From Tubulanus polymorphus (Eukaryota > Animalia > Nemertea), in assembly GCF_964204645.1 (NCBI RefSeq), contig NC_134025.1:31600299-31664298 (forward strand): DNA of 64,000 bases. Direction: 5' to 3'. Position numbers and translations under genes: made by a program. Under the pieces are notes generated by a model. That model worked only from the letters and a program-made list of their open reading frames with translations. It was not told the DNA's origin and did not search any database. This document shows, in pieces, positions 63,698 to 64,000 of the stretch. The number at the start of each line of letters is the position of its first letter. Within the stretch, counting starts at the first letter, position 1.

Positions 63698-64000
63698 CCA
63701 GGCTAGAATAACATCTTTAACAATGACGTCATTATCGATAGATGGCGACACAAGACGGTGTTATAATTATTAATTAGATATGAACGCATTGTTATCGCGA
63801 CCCGAAAATAATGATGTTATCATCATCAATGCATCTTCAATGTTCATCGGAGCAGAATTTACAGCTAACTGACAGGAAATGGCACATCACTAGTGGTATT
63901 AGAGAGGAGGGTTCTCTTTGGTTTCATCACGAACACAAATTATCGAAATTAGTTTTAATTATGAATGTCTCGCGGTGTGATCTATCACATGCCTGATTAC

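Overview
Animal genomic DNA (AT-rich, GT-AG introns; probably a marine protostome invertebrate, which is an inference), not prokaryotic. The first ~36 kb is gene-dense. It holds TBCB (+, 7 exons), a MOLO-1/TPM-domain single-pass membrane protein (-), HYLS1 (+, with an exonic 10-aa repeat), a DEX1-like FG-GAP membrane protein (-) head-to-head with PTPN23/HD-PTP (+), and a recent tandem pair of intronless rhodopsin-class GPCRs. From ~36.4 kb onward the only gene I recognise is an intronless Frizzled5/8 (-, 55622-57313), in a gene desert rich in TF motifs, including CTCF-like and CRE clusters. Introns are full of MITEs and minisatellites. The most notable unexplained structures are: (i) a TSD-flanked palindromic insert carrying Penelope-type minimal hammerhead ribozyme motifs on both strands; (ii) tandem arrays built from PTPN23 splice junctions (a 12x array of potential 30-nt microexons, and an in-frame alternative donor adding 111 repeat residues); (iii) a tRNA-headed element with a TTAGGG tail in two copies; (iv) MITE termini repeatedly amplified into satellites; (v) a more extensively degenerate HD-PTP active site than in human. 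All gene models were spliced by eye, and all family comparisons are from memory; no searches were run.
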